Assembly: GCA_965279515.1 (NCBI GenBank)
Contig: CBDIID010000003.1
Location: forward strand, 1,024,001 to 1,088,000
Length of the DNA: 64,000 nucleotides
Origin: Turneriella sp.
GTDB taxonomy: Bacteria; Spirochaetota; Leptospiria; Turneriellales; Turneriellaceae
Direction: 5' to 3'
Of the stretch, positions 28,944-38,574 are shown piece by piece (position 1 is the stretch's first letter; each line of letters starts with the position of its first letter). Below the pieces are notes generated by a model. That model searched no databases and was not told the origin of the DNA. It saw only the letters and a program-made list of their open reading frames with translations. The position numbers were made by a program, and so were the translations under genes.

Positions 28944-31657
28944 CCGGTGAGCGAAGTAAGCATCTGCGCCAAAGCGTCAAGACGGGTATTGTATTCTTTG
29001 AGCTTCTCGCGTTCTGCCTCGACAAGTTCTGCTGGGGCCCGCTCGGCGAACTGCGGTGAATCGAGTTTTGCCTGGGCTCCTTGCTTGCCCTTCTCGATGG
29101 TCTGGATGTCTTTTTCAATGCGCGCCTTTTCACGCGCAAGGTCGATATTCGCCGCCAGGTCGAGATAGATGTCTCCGGTTTTCAGGACCATACGCACCAT
29201 CTTGCCTTCAGGTTTCGTAAAATGTACATCGCCAAGGCGGGCGAGATTCTGCAGAAACGCCTTCTGTTCGCCGATAAATTTTTGCACCTTGGCATCGTTG
29301 AGGGTCAGATAAACGGCAATCCTTGCGCCGGGTTCGACCGAAAGTTCTGCGCGCACCTGTCTGATCTTCGCAGCGACCTCCAGCATCGCCTCTGTTTGGT
29401 TATCAGCCGATGCGATCGCTCCCTGTATGGTGGCGTCGGGCTTAGGCCACGGCGCCACAATCAGCAGCTTCTGATCGCCCGCACCGGGCAGGTAACTTGC
29501 CAGCTCTTCGGTGATAAACGGCATCACGGGATGCAGAATCTTCAATGCCGCCGAAAATACGGTGTAGAGAGTATAGAGCGCACCGGCGCGGAGGTTATCC
29601 TCTTTTAAGGCAACCTTCGTCATTTCGATATACTGGTCGCAGAACGTCTTCCAGAGAAAATCGTAAATCGCCAGCGCATAATCAGAAAAATGAAAACCCG
29701 CCAGCGCGGTATTACATTTCTCAATCGTGCGGTAGAGTTCGCCTAAAACGTAAAGATCGATGGCCGAAAGCGACGGCGCCTTTTCCGGAATTTTATAATC
29801 TTCCGGCGTATTCATCAGCAGGTAGCGCGCCGTATTGTAGATTTTATTGCAGAAGGCCTGGTAACCCTTGAGACGGCTCTCGTCGTAAATAATGTCTTTG
29901 CCGTCGGGCATGATACTCACGAGAAAAAAGCGGAATGCATCGGTACCGTACTCCTCCATCTTTTCCAGGGGATTCACGACATTGCCTTTTGATTTCGACA
30001 TCTTCTGCCGGCTGGCATCGCGCACCAGCGAATGGATCAGCACCTTGTCGAACGGGGTTCTTTTCATGAAGTGCATACCCATCATCAGCATGCGCGAAAC
30101 CCAGAAGAAGATGATATCAAAACCCGTAACGAGCGTGGAGGTCGGATAAAAATTCTTCAGCATGTCGCTTTCAGGCACTTTACCTTCGGGCCAGAGAGCA
30201 TCGATCTTGGCGATATCCGCCGGCATCAGTGTCGAGAAAGGCCACAGCGCCGAAGAGAACCAGGTATCGAGCACATCCTTATCGCGTGTCAGGTTTTTTG
30301 ACTTGCAGTGCGGGCATTCCGTCGGATCAACCATGGTGACGGAAACTTTTTCGCAAGCCCCGCAATACCACGCGGGTATCTGGTGGCCCCACCACAGTTG
30401 GCGGCTGATACACCAGTCTTCGATTTTGTTCATCCAGTCGAAAAACAGGTTTTCCCAGCGTTTGGGATAAAACTCCGTCGCACCGGATTTAACAGCTTCC
30501 GTTGCCTTATCTGCCAGTGGACGAACCTTGACGAACCACTGCATCGACAACCGCGGCTCAACAATCGCACCCGAGCGGTATGAATGGCCGACGCTGTGTT
30601 TGATGGATTCGATTTTCTCGATCATGCCTGCCGCTTCCATGTCGGCGACAATTTTCTTGCGGCACTCTTCGCGGCTGAGGCCCTTGTATGGCCCGGCGTT
30701 CTCGTTCATATGCGCCGACTCGGTCATCACATTGGTCAATGGCAACTTATGGCGCACGCCCATGGCGAAGTCGTTAAAATCGTGGGCAGGCGTCACCTTA
30801 ACTACGCCCGTACCAAAATCCTTATCCACCGCTTCGTCGAACACAAACGGAATTTTTTTGTCGATGAACGGAACCAGCGCGAATTTTCCTTTAAGCGCCG
30901 CATACCTTTCATCCGAGGGGTGCACAGCCAGGCCTTCATCGCCTAAAATTGTTTCAGGGCGTGTCGTCGCCACGACTACATAGGCATTACCCTCATGCGT
31001 CGCACCCTCGAGCGGATAACGCACAAAATAGAGGCTGCCGTTTATCTCGCGGTGCTCCACTTCAATATTCGAAAGCGCCGTCTTGTCCTTTGGGCACCAG
31101 TTAATCATGCGCTCGCCGCGGTAAATGAGGCCTTCGTTATAGAGCTGCACAAACACGCGGCGAACGATGTGGCTCAGGCCCTCATCCATCGTAAAACGCT
31201 CCATCTGCCAGTCGACGCTCTCGCCGAGCTGCCGCATCTGGTGCGTGATCATGCCACCCGACTCGGCCTTCCACTGCCACACGCGTTCTTCAAATTTTTC
31301 GCGGCCTAAATCTTCACGGCGGATGCCCTCTTTTGCCAGCAGCCGCTCGACCACGTTCTGCGTGGCAATACCCGCGTGGTCGGTACCTGGCACCCAAAGC
31401 GCGGCCTTGCCGCGCATGCGCTCATAACGTATCAGAATGTCCTGCAAGGTGTGGTTGAGGGCATGCCCCAGGTGCAGCGAGCCCGTCACATTGGGGGGAG
31501 GAATTACAATGCTGTAACAATCTTCGGGACGCAGGGATTCATCCCCCTTGCCCGTATTATTTCTATAGTTAAAAAAACCGTCTTTTTCCCACCGCGCATA
31601 CCATTTTTCCTGCAGCCCTTGCGGGTTATACAGCTTATCGAGTTCACGCAGCGCCAT
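28940..31657 (-). CDS. valS: Valine--tRNA ligase
   Basis: PPPNVTGSLHLGH, DWCISRQLWWGH, KMSKS, C-terminal coiled coil. Start at the ATG at 31657. Confidence 0.97.
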   Translation of the reverse strand: MALRELDKLYNPQGLQEKWYARWEKDGFFNYRNNTGKGDESLRPEDCYSIVIPPPNVTGSLHLGHALNHTLQDILIRYERMRGKAALWVPGTDHAGIATQNVVERLLAKEGIRREDLGREKFEERVWQWKAESGGMITHQMRQLGESVDWQMERFTMDEGLSHIVRRVFVQLYNEGLIYRGERMINWCPKDKTALSNIEVEHREINGSLYFVRYPLEGATHEGNAYVVVATTRPETILGDEGLAVHPSDERYAALKGKFALVPFIDKKIPFVFDEAVDKDFGTGVVKVTPAHDFNDFAMGVRHKLPLTNVMTESAHMNENAGPYKGLSREECRKKIVADMEAAGMIEKIESIKHSVGHSYRSGAIVEPRLSMQWFVKVRPLADKATEAVKSGATEFYPKRWENLFFDWMNKIEDWCISRQLWWGHQIPAWYCGACEKVSVTMVDPTECPHCKSKNLTRDKDVLDTWFSSALWPFSTLMPADIAKIDALWPEGKVPESDMLKNFYPTSTLVTGFDIIFFWVSRMLMMGMHFMKRTPFDKVLIHSLVRDASRQKMSKSKGNVVNPLEKMEEYGTDAFRFFLVSIMPDGKDIIYDESRLKGYQAFCNKIYNTARYLLMNTPEDYKIPEKAPSLSAIDLYVLGELYRTIEKCNTALAGFHFSDYALAIYDFLWKTFCDQYIEMTKVALKEDNLRAGALYTLYTVFSAALKILHPVMPFITEELASYLPGAGDQKLLIVAPWPKPDATIQGAIASADNQTEAMLEVAAKIRQVRAELSVEPGARIAVYLTLNDAKVQKFIGEQKAFLQNLARLGDVHFTKPEGKMVRMVLKTGDIYLDLAANIDLAREKARIEKDIQTIEKGKQGAQAKLDSPQFAERAPAELVEAEREKLKEYNTRLDALAQMLTSLTG

Positions 31658-32078
31658 AGGGTAAACCTGAGGGACGACTCGTCCCGAAAACCACAAGACA
31701 CCGCGGCAGACCATTTCTGGCCCCATTGAATTCTCTGATACATTACAGATTAACACGTAGAAAGCTAGGTGAAAACACATAGATAAGCCGGTGGTGATAT
31801 TTTTTTTTGGCGTGCATCCCCCACATTTCCCCGTTGAAATAGTATATTCAATCACTGCAGAATTTTAAGGAATAGATGCCATTTTTTACCGGGGCAACAA
31901 TACGACAAAACGCTATTCGGGGCGACTCGTATTCAAATTTGAACTTTTACATTAAGGTGTATCCGATCGGTATGGACAGGCCCAAAACATCAAAATCCGC
32001 GCAGAAAACAAGCAGCGTGCTGGTCAACACGCGCCGAGTCTGTGCTTTTAATTCGCCGCGGTTACTGGAGACAAAAAT

Positions 32079-34088
32079 ATGATTTCAGCTGAAGCCCTGA
32101 TTGCCGCGCTCGCAATCCTCAATGTGATTCCGGTCACGTTACTCATCTTTATACGCCTGAAGCTCGCACACCAGAGTATACGCGCCATTTTTTCCATGCT
32201 CATTGTGTTCGGCATGCTCTGGGGCGACACGCTCTTGCTGTCGCGCTATGATGGCTGGGATGCGCCCACCCGGATGTTCATTTTTTACACGAATTTTGCC
32301 GTCGCAGCGGCGCTCGTGCTGGTATTTTTCGGCTTTTTTATCCGCTTCTCAGGCAACCAGGCAATTTTCAAAAAACCGGTTTTCTGGATTTTTACCGCAA
32401 ACACCGGCGCCCTGATCGTCGCCTCATATCTCGGCCTGATCATCGCCGCATTTGAAACCAACGCCGACAAGCTGATGCTGCATTATGGCCCAGGCTACCC
32501 GTGGTTTATCGCCTCTTCCCTGGCTGTGGAGCTTTATGGCCTCGTGATTGTCGTCCGCACCTACCGCAACTCAGAAAACGAACTGCTGCGTTTTCAGCTG
32601 CGGACCATCATGGCTTATGCCACCATAACATTCGTGCTCGTTAACGTGATGAATATCCTGTTGCCCAACCTCATGAAAAATTCGCGTTTTTCCCTCGCCG
32701 GGCCTTATCTCGCGTTATTCTTCTTCTCCGGTGTATTCCGCATTCTCTTGCGCGGCGCGCGTCTCTACGTGCTGAACGCACTCGATCGTATGCTGCAAAC
32801 TGCGCCGTTCACAATACAGGAAAACCTTTTTGCCGTCCGTGAATTTATCCAGGCCCTGAAAGCTGCTGTGCTCTCGGGTGAAGGCAGCGCAGTGCGCCGC
32901 GTGGAGTTTGCCGGCCCCGGCGGTGAAAAGCTCGGCCTGATGCTCGGAAAGAACTCCCCTGTGGACGCGCTGCTTTTCCAGGGGGATATCCCCGAAAAAG
33001 CGCTGCTGCCGCAGAAGTGGCTCAAGGGTTTTCAGGACACCGTGCGCGTGCTCGAAGAAGATAACCGCCACCTCGCGCTCTCGCTCATCAGAGCCGAAAC
33101 TATCTTACAGGAAAAATGGCTTTCAGATACCGTGGAGAATATTCCCGTGCGAACGGTACCTGCGCTTTCTGATACGTTGGCGATTGGCGATTATCTTCCG
33201 GCGATCGCGAAAAACATCAGCGAAAACCGCGAAAACTACGGCGTAGAAATCTGCACCCTTTCGCGCATCATGTTTAAACAGATGGCACAGGTAGAAGATC
33301 TGGCGCGTGGCAACCAGCTCATCGTCGTCGAAGGCGAACCGGGTACCGGTAAGGCCTCGATGGCGCGCGCGATCAATTTTTTCCGCTTCAAAGCGCAGAA
33401 CCTTGTGGAAATTCACTGCCAGAACGGCAACATTGACGCGCTCTCGAAACGCATCGAGGCGGTTGCCGCTGCGGTTGCGAAATCACGCAAAAAAACCGGC
33501 ATACTGATCCGCAATATGGATTTTATCCCGCTCGAAATGATTTCGATTTTTCTGCCCATCTTCAACCTCGATCAGGATAAAACCTTTGTCTACGTCACCT
33601 CCGTGTCTGACTACCTGCGTAATCTCGAAGGCCTCTCTGATACCCTGTTCCACAGGCTGAACCAGGTGCGTATTCAAATGCCCCCGTTGCGGCGGCGTGA
33701 AGACGATATTACGCATTTGATCTTCTGGTATGCAGCGCAATATGCAAAAAAAATGAATATCGCCTACACCGCGATATCTCCGGGGTTTATCGACGATGCG
33801 CGCCGCCTGAGCTGGCAGGGTAACATTGTTGAACTGCAGAATACTATACAGAGGGAACTCCTCAATAATAAACCCCCGGTTCTCAGCACCTTCCACCTGA
33901 ACGACCCCCATGCTCTCGCGGCACCGGGACAAGTACTCACGCCGCTCGAACGCGCCGAGCGTAAGGTCATCGTCGATTACCTGAAGAAGAACAACTTCAA
34001 TAAAAACCGTACGCGCATCGAACTCGACATCACGGTGAATACGCTGAATGCAAAGATTATCAAGTACGGTATCGAATTGCCGGAGTAA
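32079..34088 (+). CDS. Membrane-anchored (about 7 TM) regulator with degenerate sigma-54-activator-type AAA+ domain and Fis-type HTH
   Basis: Hydrophobic N-terminal ~220 aa, GEPGTGKA, LFHRLN, PPLRRREDDI, WQGNIVELQN, C-terminal HTH. Confidence 0.8.
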   Translation: MISAEALIAALAILNVIPVTLLIFIRLKLAHQSIRAIFSMLIVFGMLWGDTLLLSRYDGWDAPTRMFIFYTNFAVAAALVLVFFGFFIRFSGNQAIFKKPVFWIFTANTGALIVASYLGLIIAAFETNADKLMLHYGPGYPWFIASSLAVELYGLVIVVRTYRNSENELLRFQLRTIMAYATITFVLVNVMNILLPNLMKNSRFSLAGPYLALFFFSGVFRILLRGARLYVLNALDRMLQTAPFTIQENLFAVREFIQALKAAVLSGEGSAVRRVEFAGPGGEKLGLMLGKNSPVDALLFQGDIPEKALLPQKWLKGFQDTVRVLEEDNRHLALSLIRAETILQEKWLSDTVENIPVRTVPALSDTLAIGDYLPAIAKNISENRENYGVEICTLSRIMFKQMAQVEDLARGNQLIVVEGEPGTGKASMARAINFFRFKAQNLVEIHCQNGNIDALSKRIEAVAAAVAKSRKKTGILIRNMDFIPLEMISIFLPIFNLDQDKTFVYVTSVSDYLRNLEGLSDTLFHRLNQVRIQMPPLRRREDDITHLIFWYAAQYAKKMNIAYTAISPGFIDDARRLSWQGNIVELQNTIQRELLNNKPPVLSTFHLNDPHALAAPGQVLTPLERAERKVIVDYLKKNNFNKNRTRIELDITVNTLNAKIIKYGIELPE

Positions 34089-35651
34089 CTAGCCGGCCAT
34101 TACGGCGTCGATAGCCGCCAGCAGCTCTTCACGGGAAAACGGTTTTTCCAGTGTGTGGATGTTGTTACCAAATTCGACAAGCTGCTCAGCTTCGGGAATA
34201 TGCCCCGAGATCAAAAGGCCCCTGAGCCCCGGAACCTTTTTGCCCACTGTAGCCAGCAATTCGACGCCGGAAAGCCCCGGCATAGACATATCGGTTACGA
34301 TCAGGTCAAAGACGGCGCCGCTGTCCAGCACAGCCAGGGCCTCCGCCGCGTTAGCGCAGCATTTCACCGGGTGGCCTGCGGTAGTCAAAATCATAGAAAT
34401 CAATCTCTGCAAATTCGGCTCGTCATCCACTAACAAAACCGAATGTGTGCGCACTTTTACGCTCGCTACAACCGCCACCTGCGTCTTCTCCATAACTCCC
34501 TCCGATACGGGCAAATAAACTTTAAATGCAGTACCACGCCCCGGCTCGCTGTAGACCTCCACAGCGCCGCCGGATTGATGTACAAGACCATAAACCGTCG
34601 CAAGCCCGAGCCCCGTGCCCTGGGCCTTGGTTGTAAAAAACGGTTCGAAGATTTTCTCCTGGGTTTCCGCGTCCATACCCACACCTGTGTCGTGAACCGT
34701 CAGCAAAACGTAGTCACCGGGAGGGCAGGTTGCATGGGTCTGCAGATATTCCTGATCCAGGCGGATATTCCGGCTGCGGACTACGAGTGTGCCACCGTCG
34801 GGCATCGCGTCGCGGGCATTCAGGGCGAGGTTGAGTAATATTTGCTCGATGAAGCCGGGATCAATACGTATTTCCTTCAGGTCCTGGGAGAGATCGATTG
34901 ACAGGGATATTTTGCCGGCGGCCAGCGAACGCAGTATAGGTTCCATACTCTGTACGACACGGTTAAGATTAAGGTTAACCGCATGCGCGGTGCGTTTCTG
35001 GCTGAACGCCATGAGCTGCTGCGCGACCCGGGCTGCACGCCGGGTCTCTGCCCTGAGCTGCGCAACCTCTTCTATCACCTTTGCGGCATCGGTTGCATTT
35101 TCCTCAACGGCATCGAGCCCCATGAGCAGCACTGTCAGCATATTATTGAAATCATGAGATATGCCGCTGGTAATGCGCCCGACGCTTTCCAGGCGTTCGA
35201 CTTGCCTGAGACGCTGGCTCAGCCTCGCATTATGCTCCTTCTCCATTTCGCGCCCCGTCACATCAATGGAGAAAACCACGGCGCCCTGGGGTACAGGTTG
35301 GATTCTGAGTTCAAAATAGCCTGAAGTTCCATCGGGAAAATCAAATTTATTGGTGAGAAAATGGACCTGGCCCTCGAAAATCGCGCCACGGATTTTTTCG
35401 AAAACCGCAGTGGCCTCAATGCCTGGGTAAACCTCGGTCATTTTGCGGCCGAGAAGGTCGTCAATGTTTTCCTGGCCGTGGCGGGCGGCCGCGGCATTCA
35501 CGTAGAGGTAGCGAAAATTGCGGTCAATAATCTGGTAACCTTCGAGCATGTTACCCACCGCCTCTTCCAAGAACTGACTACGCAGGCGGATATCAGAAAG
35601 TTCTTTCTCAAGATGCGTAATTACCTCCTGTGGGTCGCCATGGACAGACAT
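34089..35651 (-). CDS. Hybrid PAS histidine kinase / response regulator
   Basis: PAS domain, SHDFNN H-box, [24 protein letters not shown] and a C-terminal receiver domain (VTDMSMP). Confidence 0.92.
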   Translation of the reverse strand: MSVHGDPQEVITHLEKELSDIRLRSQFLEEAVGNMLEGYQIIDRNFRYLYVNAAAARHGQENIDDLLGRKMTEVYPGIEATAVFEKIRGAIFEGQVHFLTNKFDFPDGTSGYFELRIQPVPQGAVVFSIDVTGREMEKEHNARLSQRLRQVERLESVGRITSGISHDFNNMLTVLLMGLDAVEENATDAAKVIEEVAQLRAETRRAARVAQQLMAFSQKRTAHAVNLNLNRVVQSMEPILRSLAAGKISLSIDLSQDLKEIRIDPGFIEQILLNLALNARDAMPDGGTLVVRSRNIRLDQEYLQTHATCPPGDYVLLTVHDTGVGMDAETQEKIFEPFFTTKAQGTGLGLATVYGLVHQSGGAVEVYSEPGRGTAFKVYLPVSEGVMEKTQVAVVASVKVRTHSVLLVDDEPNLQRLISMILTTAGHPVKCCANAAEALAVLDSGAVFDLIVTDMSMPGLSGVELLATVGKKVPGLRGLLISGHIPEAEQLVEFGNNIHTLEKPFSREELLAAIDAVMAG

Positions 35652-35789
35652 GCTCGCCAGACGCAAAGTCCTAATCGTATGTCAATAATTTATTTGTCGA
35701 GATCATTTTTTGACATTCAACCCAATGCCCGAGGGCCTGTTTTTAAAACACCTTGACCGTGAATGCTTTGATCCATGTCGTAGTCACGC

Positions 35790-36887
35790 ATGAAAGGTGG
35801 AATTTTACTCATCGACGATGAAGCCGATATCCGCCGGTTAATGGCGCGCGTGCTTGCCCCATTAAAAATTAAAATCTATGAAGCTGAGAACGGGGCCGAG
35901 GGCCTCATTCAGGTGGCCGGGCACGAAATCTCGCTGATCGTGCTGGATTATAGCATGCCAGTCCTCGATGGCCTGGCCTTTCTGAAAAAGTTGCGCGGTG
36001 AACTGCAAAGCGAAATTCCAGTCCTCATGATGTCGGGGGCACATGATCCGCTTCTGCGGAAGAACTGCTATGCCCTGGGAGCCTATGACTTCATCGGCAA
36101 GCCCGAGAATTCCGATATCCTGCTGGCCCGGGTGGCCAACGGCCTGAAGATCGCCGAACTTCTCGAATACCGCCATGCGACAGAAAGAGATCTGCGCATT
36201 TCCGCCGCGATTATGACTAAACTGGCGGTTCCCGCCGAAATTGCCACCCCCCATTTCCGCCTGGAGACCATCTGCAAGAGTTATGCAGAAGTCGGTGGAG
36301 ATCTGTGCCTCGCTTTTGGCGTCGATACGGAAAAGCCTGTTTTTGTGATCGCCGATATCAGCGGGCATGGGGTCAGCGCGGCACTGTTCAGCGTTTTCGT
36401 AGGGGTTGCTTTACGCCGCGCCTACCGCGAGGCTCTTACCCCGCACCGGATTCTGACCCGGCTCAACCGCGAACTCTTTGAATATTTGCCCAAGAACTAT
36501 TTCGTCACCATGTTCTGCTGGAGTTTTGATGCGGTGCGCCGGGAACTTACCTGGGCCAATGCGGGACATCCCGCCCCTTTTATTATGGCTTCAGGTAGAT
36601 CGCGTGAGCTGGGAGCCGCCACCTTTCCCGCGCTGGGGGTTCGGGCAAACCAGGAATATACCGCCGAGACCCTACCCTTTAAGGCAGGCGATGGGCTTAT
36701 TGCCTATACAGATGGTGTCCTTGACGCTTTCAGGGATGAACAGTATACCATCGACAAGACGATGTCGCAGTTTTTCGAGCAATCTGCAAATCCCCGCGAT
36801 TTTTTTTTCCGGATGCGCGACTATCTCGAGAAACAGACGGGCTTCATCGACGACCGCAGCATTATGGTCTTCAGTTCCGGAACATGA
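35790..36887 (+). CDS. Response regulator fused to a PP2C/SpoIIE phosphatase (RsbU-like)
   Basis: Receiver domain (LDYSMP) plus GGD, ADISGHG, NAGHP, YTDG, DDRS. Confidence 0.9.
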   Translation: MKGGILLIDDEADIRRLMARVLAPLKIKIYEAENGAEGLIQVAGHEISLIVLDYSMPVLDGLAFLKKLRGELQSEIPVLMMSGAHDPLLRKNCYALGAYDFIGKPENSDILLARVANGLKIAELLEYRHATERDLRISAAIMTKLAVPAEIATPHFRLETICKSYAEVGGDLCLAFGVDTEKPVFVIADISGHGVSAALFSVFVGVALRRAYREALTPHRILTRLNRELFEYLPKNYFVTMFCWSFDAVRRELTWANAGHPAPFIMASGRSRELGAATFPALGVRANQEYTAETLPFKAGDGLIAYTDGVLDAFRDEQYTIDKTMSQFFEQSANPRDFFFRMRDYLEKQTGFIDDRSIMVFSSGT

Positions 36888-36906
36888 AATAATTTCAGGA
36901 GTTTAG

Positions 36907-37524
36907 ATGCAGCACCAGGCGCCCCATGCAAATACAAAACTTTTGATCGTTGACGACGATCGTGCAGTCCGCACGCTGATTGCGAAAATTGCCGGCGGTT
37001 GGATGTATGACACGGACGAAGACGAAAATGCTGAGGACGCGCTTGCGCGCCTGGCACAGGAACATTATAATATCGTGCTCACCGACATCAACATGGGCGG
37101 CATGGACGGAATCGCCTTCGCGGAAAAAATCCGCGAAACCATGCCGGCCACCGCCATCATTATCATGACGGGATACCCATCGCGCCAAACCGCGCAGAAA
37201 TCACGGGATATGGGCGCTATCTATTATATGCAAAAACCGGTCGACCTGAACGACCTCGGCGGTACGCTGAAGATTGCGGCGGCCTGGAACATCGGCATGC
37301 TGACAGAGCGGGCTGCGAACCGTTTTCTCACATTGAGCAAGGAAGACCAAAACCAACGCAGCGACAGATTCCGCACAGTTAAGTCCGCGATAAAAAACCA
37401 GCTGTCTGCGCCGGGGGGTATGGGGCACTTGCGCAATTTTGTCTATGATGCCAGCATTGAGGCAAACCCGTTCTATATCGAATTGCGTAAAAAAATTTCG
37501 GCTGGCCCCGCAAACCCGCCCTGA
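36907..37524 (+). CDS. Response regulator with an uncharacterised helical C-terminus
   Basis: LIVDDD, LTDINM, MTG, QKP. Confidence 0.85.
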   Translation: MQHQAPHANTKLLIVDDDRAVRTLIAKIAGGWMYDTDEDENAEDALARLAQEHYNIVLTDINMGGMDGIAFAEKIRETMPATAIIIMTGYPSRQTAQKSRDMGAIYYMQKPVDLNDLGGTLKIAAAWNIGMLTERAANRFLTLSKEDQNQRSDRFRTVKSAIKNQLSAPGGMGHLRNFVYDASIEANPFYIELRKKISAGPANPP

Positions 37525-37526
37525 CC

Positions 37527-37937
37527 TCAGCGCATGTCGAGATCGGTAAATTCGAAGCCGGGTGAGACAAGGCAGGCAGCGAGCACGTAATCACCCTCGG
37601 CTACCTCGGCGTTAAACCAGGTATGGGCGGGGATAATAATCTGCGGCAGGCAGGTTTCCCCCATTCCCAGTTTTTCGATTTTTACAATCCCGTTATCGTG
37701 TGTCTGCAGATTTAGTTCGCCCCCCGCCTGGAAAATCCAGGTTTCATCCCACGCCACCCGGTGCACGCGCGAAGTGACACCGCGGGGCAGCAGGTAGTAG
37801 ATCAGCGTCGCGAGCGAACGCTCTCCCCGGGTAGTCTGTGTTGTAAAAGCAGTGCGCAGCGTTTCACGGTACCAGCCACCTTCAGGATGCTCTAAAAGCC
37901 CGAGGCGCTGAATCAGCCGTTCTTTCTCAGACGCCAA
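37527..37937 (-). CDS. Cupin_5 (DUF985) family protein
   Basis: LLEHPEGGWYRET, IYYLL, VSPGFEFTD. Confidence 0.9.
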   Translation of the reverse strand: MASEKERLIQRLGLLEHPEGGWYRETLRTAFTTQTTRGERSLATLIYYLLPRGVTSRVHRVAWDETWIFQAGGELNLQTHDNGIVKIEKLGMGETCLPQIIIPAHTWFNAEVAEGDYVLAACLVSPGFEFTDLDMR

Positions 37938-38487
37938 TGACGAACTCGCTTACGGGTTTGCGCCCGCTGGGTTTTTCCTGCGCCAGGTGATGTTCGGCCA
38001 GATGCGAGCTATCGCCAGGTTTGCCGACAGCTACGGCGCAAATGATATCCTCCGCGGTGGTATCAATCTTCAGTTTTTCGGCGATCACATCCCTCATGAT
38101 ACCAGCCATTTGCCGCGTTCTGAATCCCAATTTTTGCGCCTGCAGATTCAGGGCCATCACCGCGGCGCCCGTATCGTACCATGAGTGCGGGTTGGGGCTC
38201 GCAGAGGCGGCAAAGGTTTTGCGTGCGCACACTATAATGATATGGCTGGCGCGGGGCGCCCATTTACGGTTGTTTTCATTCACGAATGCGTTGAACTCCT
38301 CCCGGGTTTTCTCATCCCTGGGATAATAAAACTTCCACGGCTGCTCATTGGATGAGGACGGTGCCCAGCGGGCGGCCTCGAAAAGCGCCATCAGCTCAGC
38401 CTCTGTTAGTTTGGCGCCCGGGTCATAGGCGCGCGGCGACCAGCGGTCGGTAAATTCTGGATCAACAGGGAAATCCGCATGGCGCAT
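37927..38487 (-). CDS. Nitroreductase family protein
   Basis: RWSPRAY, AARWAPSSSNEQPW, YDTGAA, RKPVSEFV. Confidence 0.92.
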   Translation of the reverse strand: MRHADFPVDPEFTDRWSPRAYDPGAKLTEAELMALFEAARWAPSSSNEQPWKFYYPRDEKTREEFNAFVNENNRKWAPRASHIIIVCARKTFAASASPNPHSWYDTGAAVMALNLQAQKLGFRTRQMAGIMRDVIAEKLKIDTTAEDIICAVAVGKPGDSSHLAEHHLAQEKPSGRKPVSEFVIGV

Positions 38488-38574
38488 TGAGTCGGTTCAA
38501 GGATAGAACACCCCCGTCAAGGAGTATACGGTGACTCATAGTTGACAGGGCATTTTAATCCTGAGAGTTGAGAT

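Noticed and set aside
31658..31855. 66-codon N-terminal extension of ValS in the ORF track
   Set aside because: ValS similarity begins at MALRELDKLYNP (31657). The extension is AT-rich spacer that happens to stay open.
31658..32078. Possible T-box or riboswitch upstream of valS
   Set aside because: No T-box consensus or terminator/antiterminator could be identified by eye.
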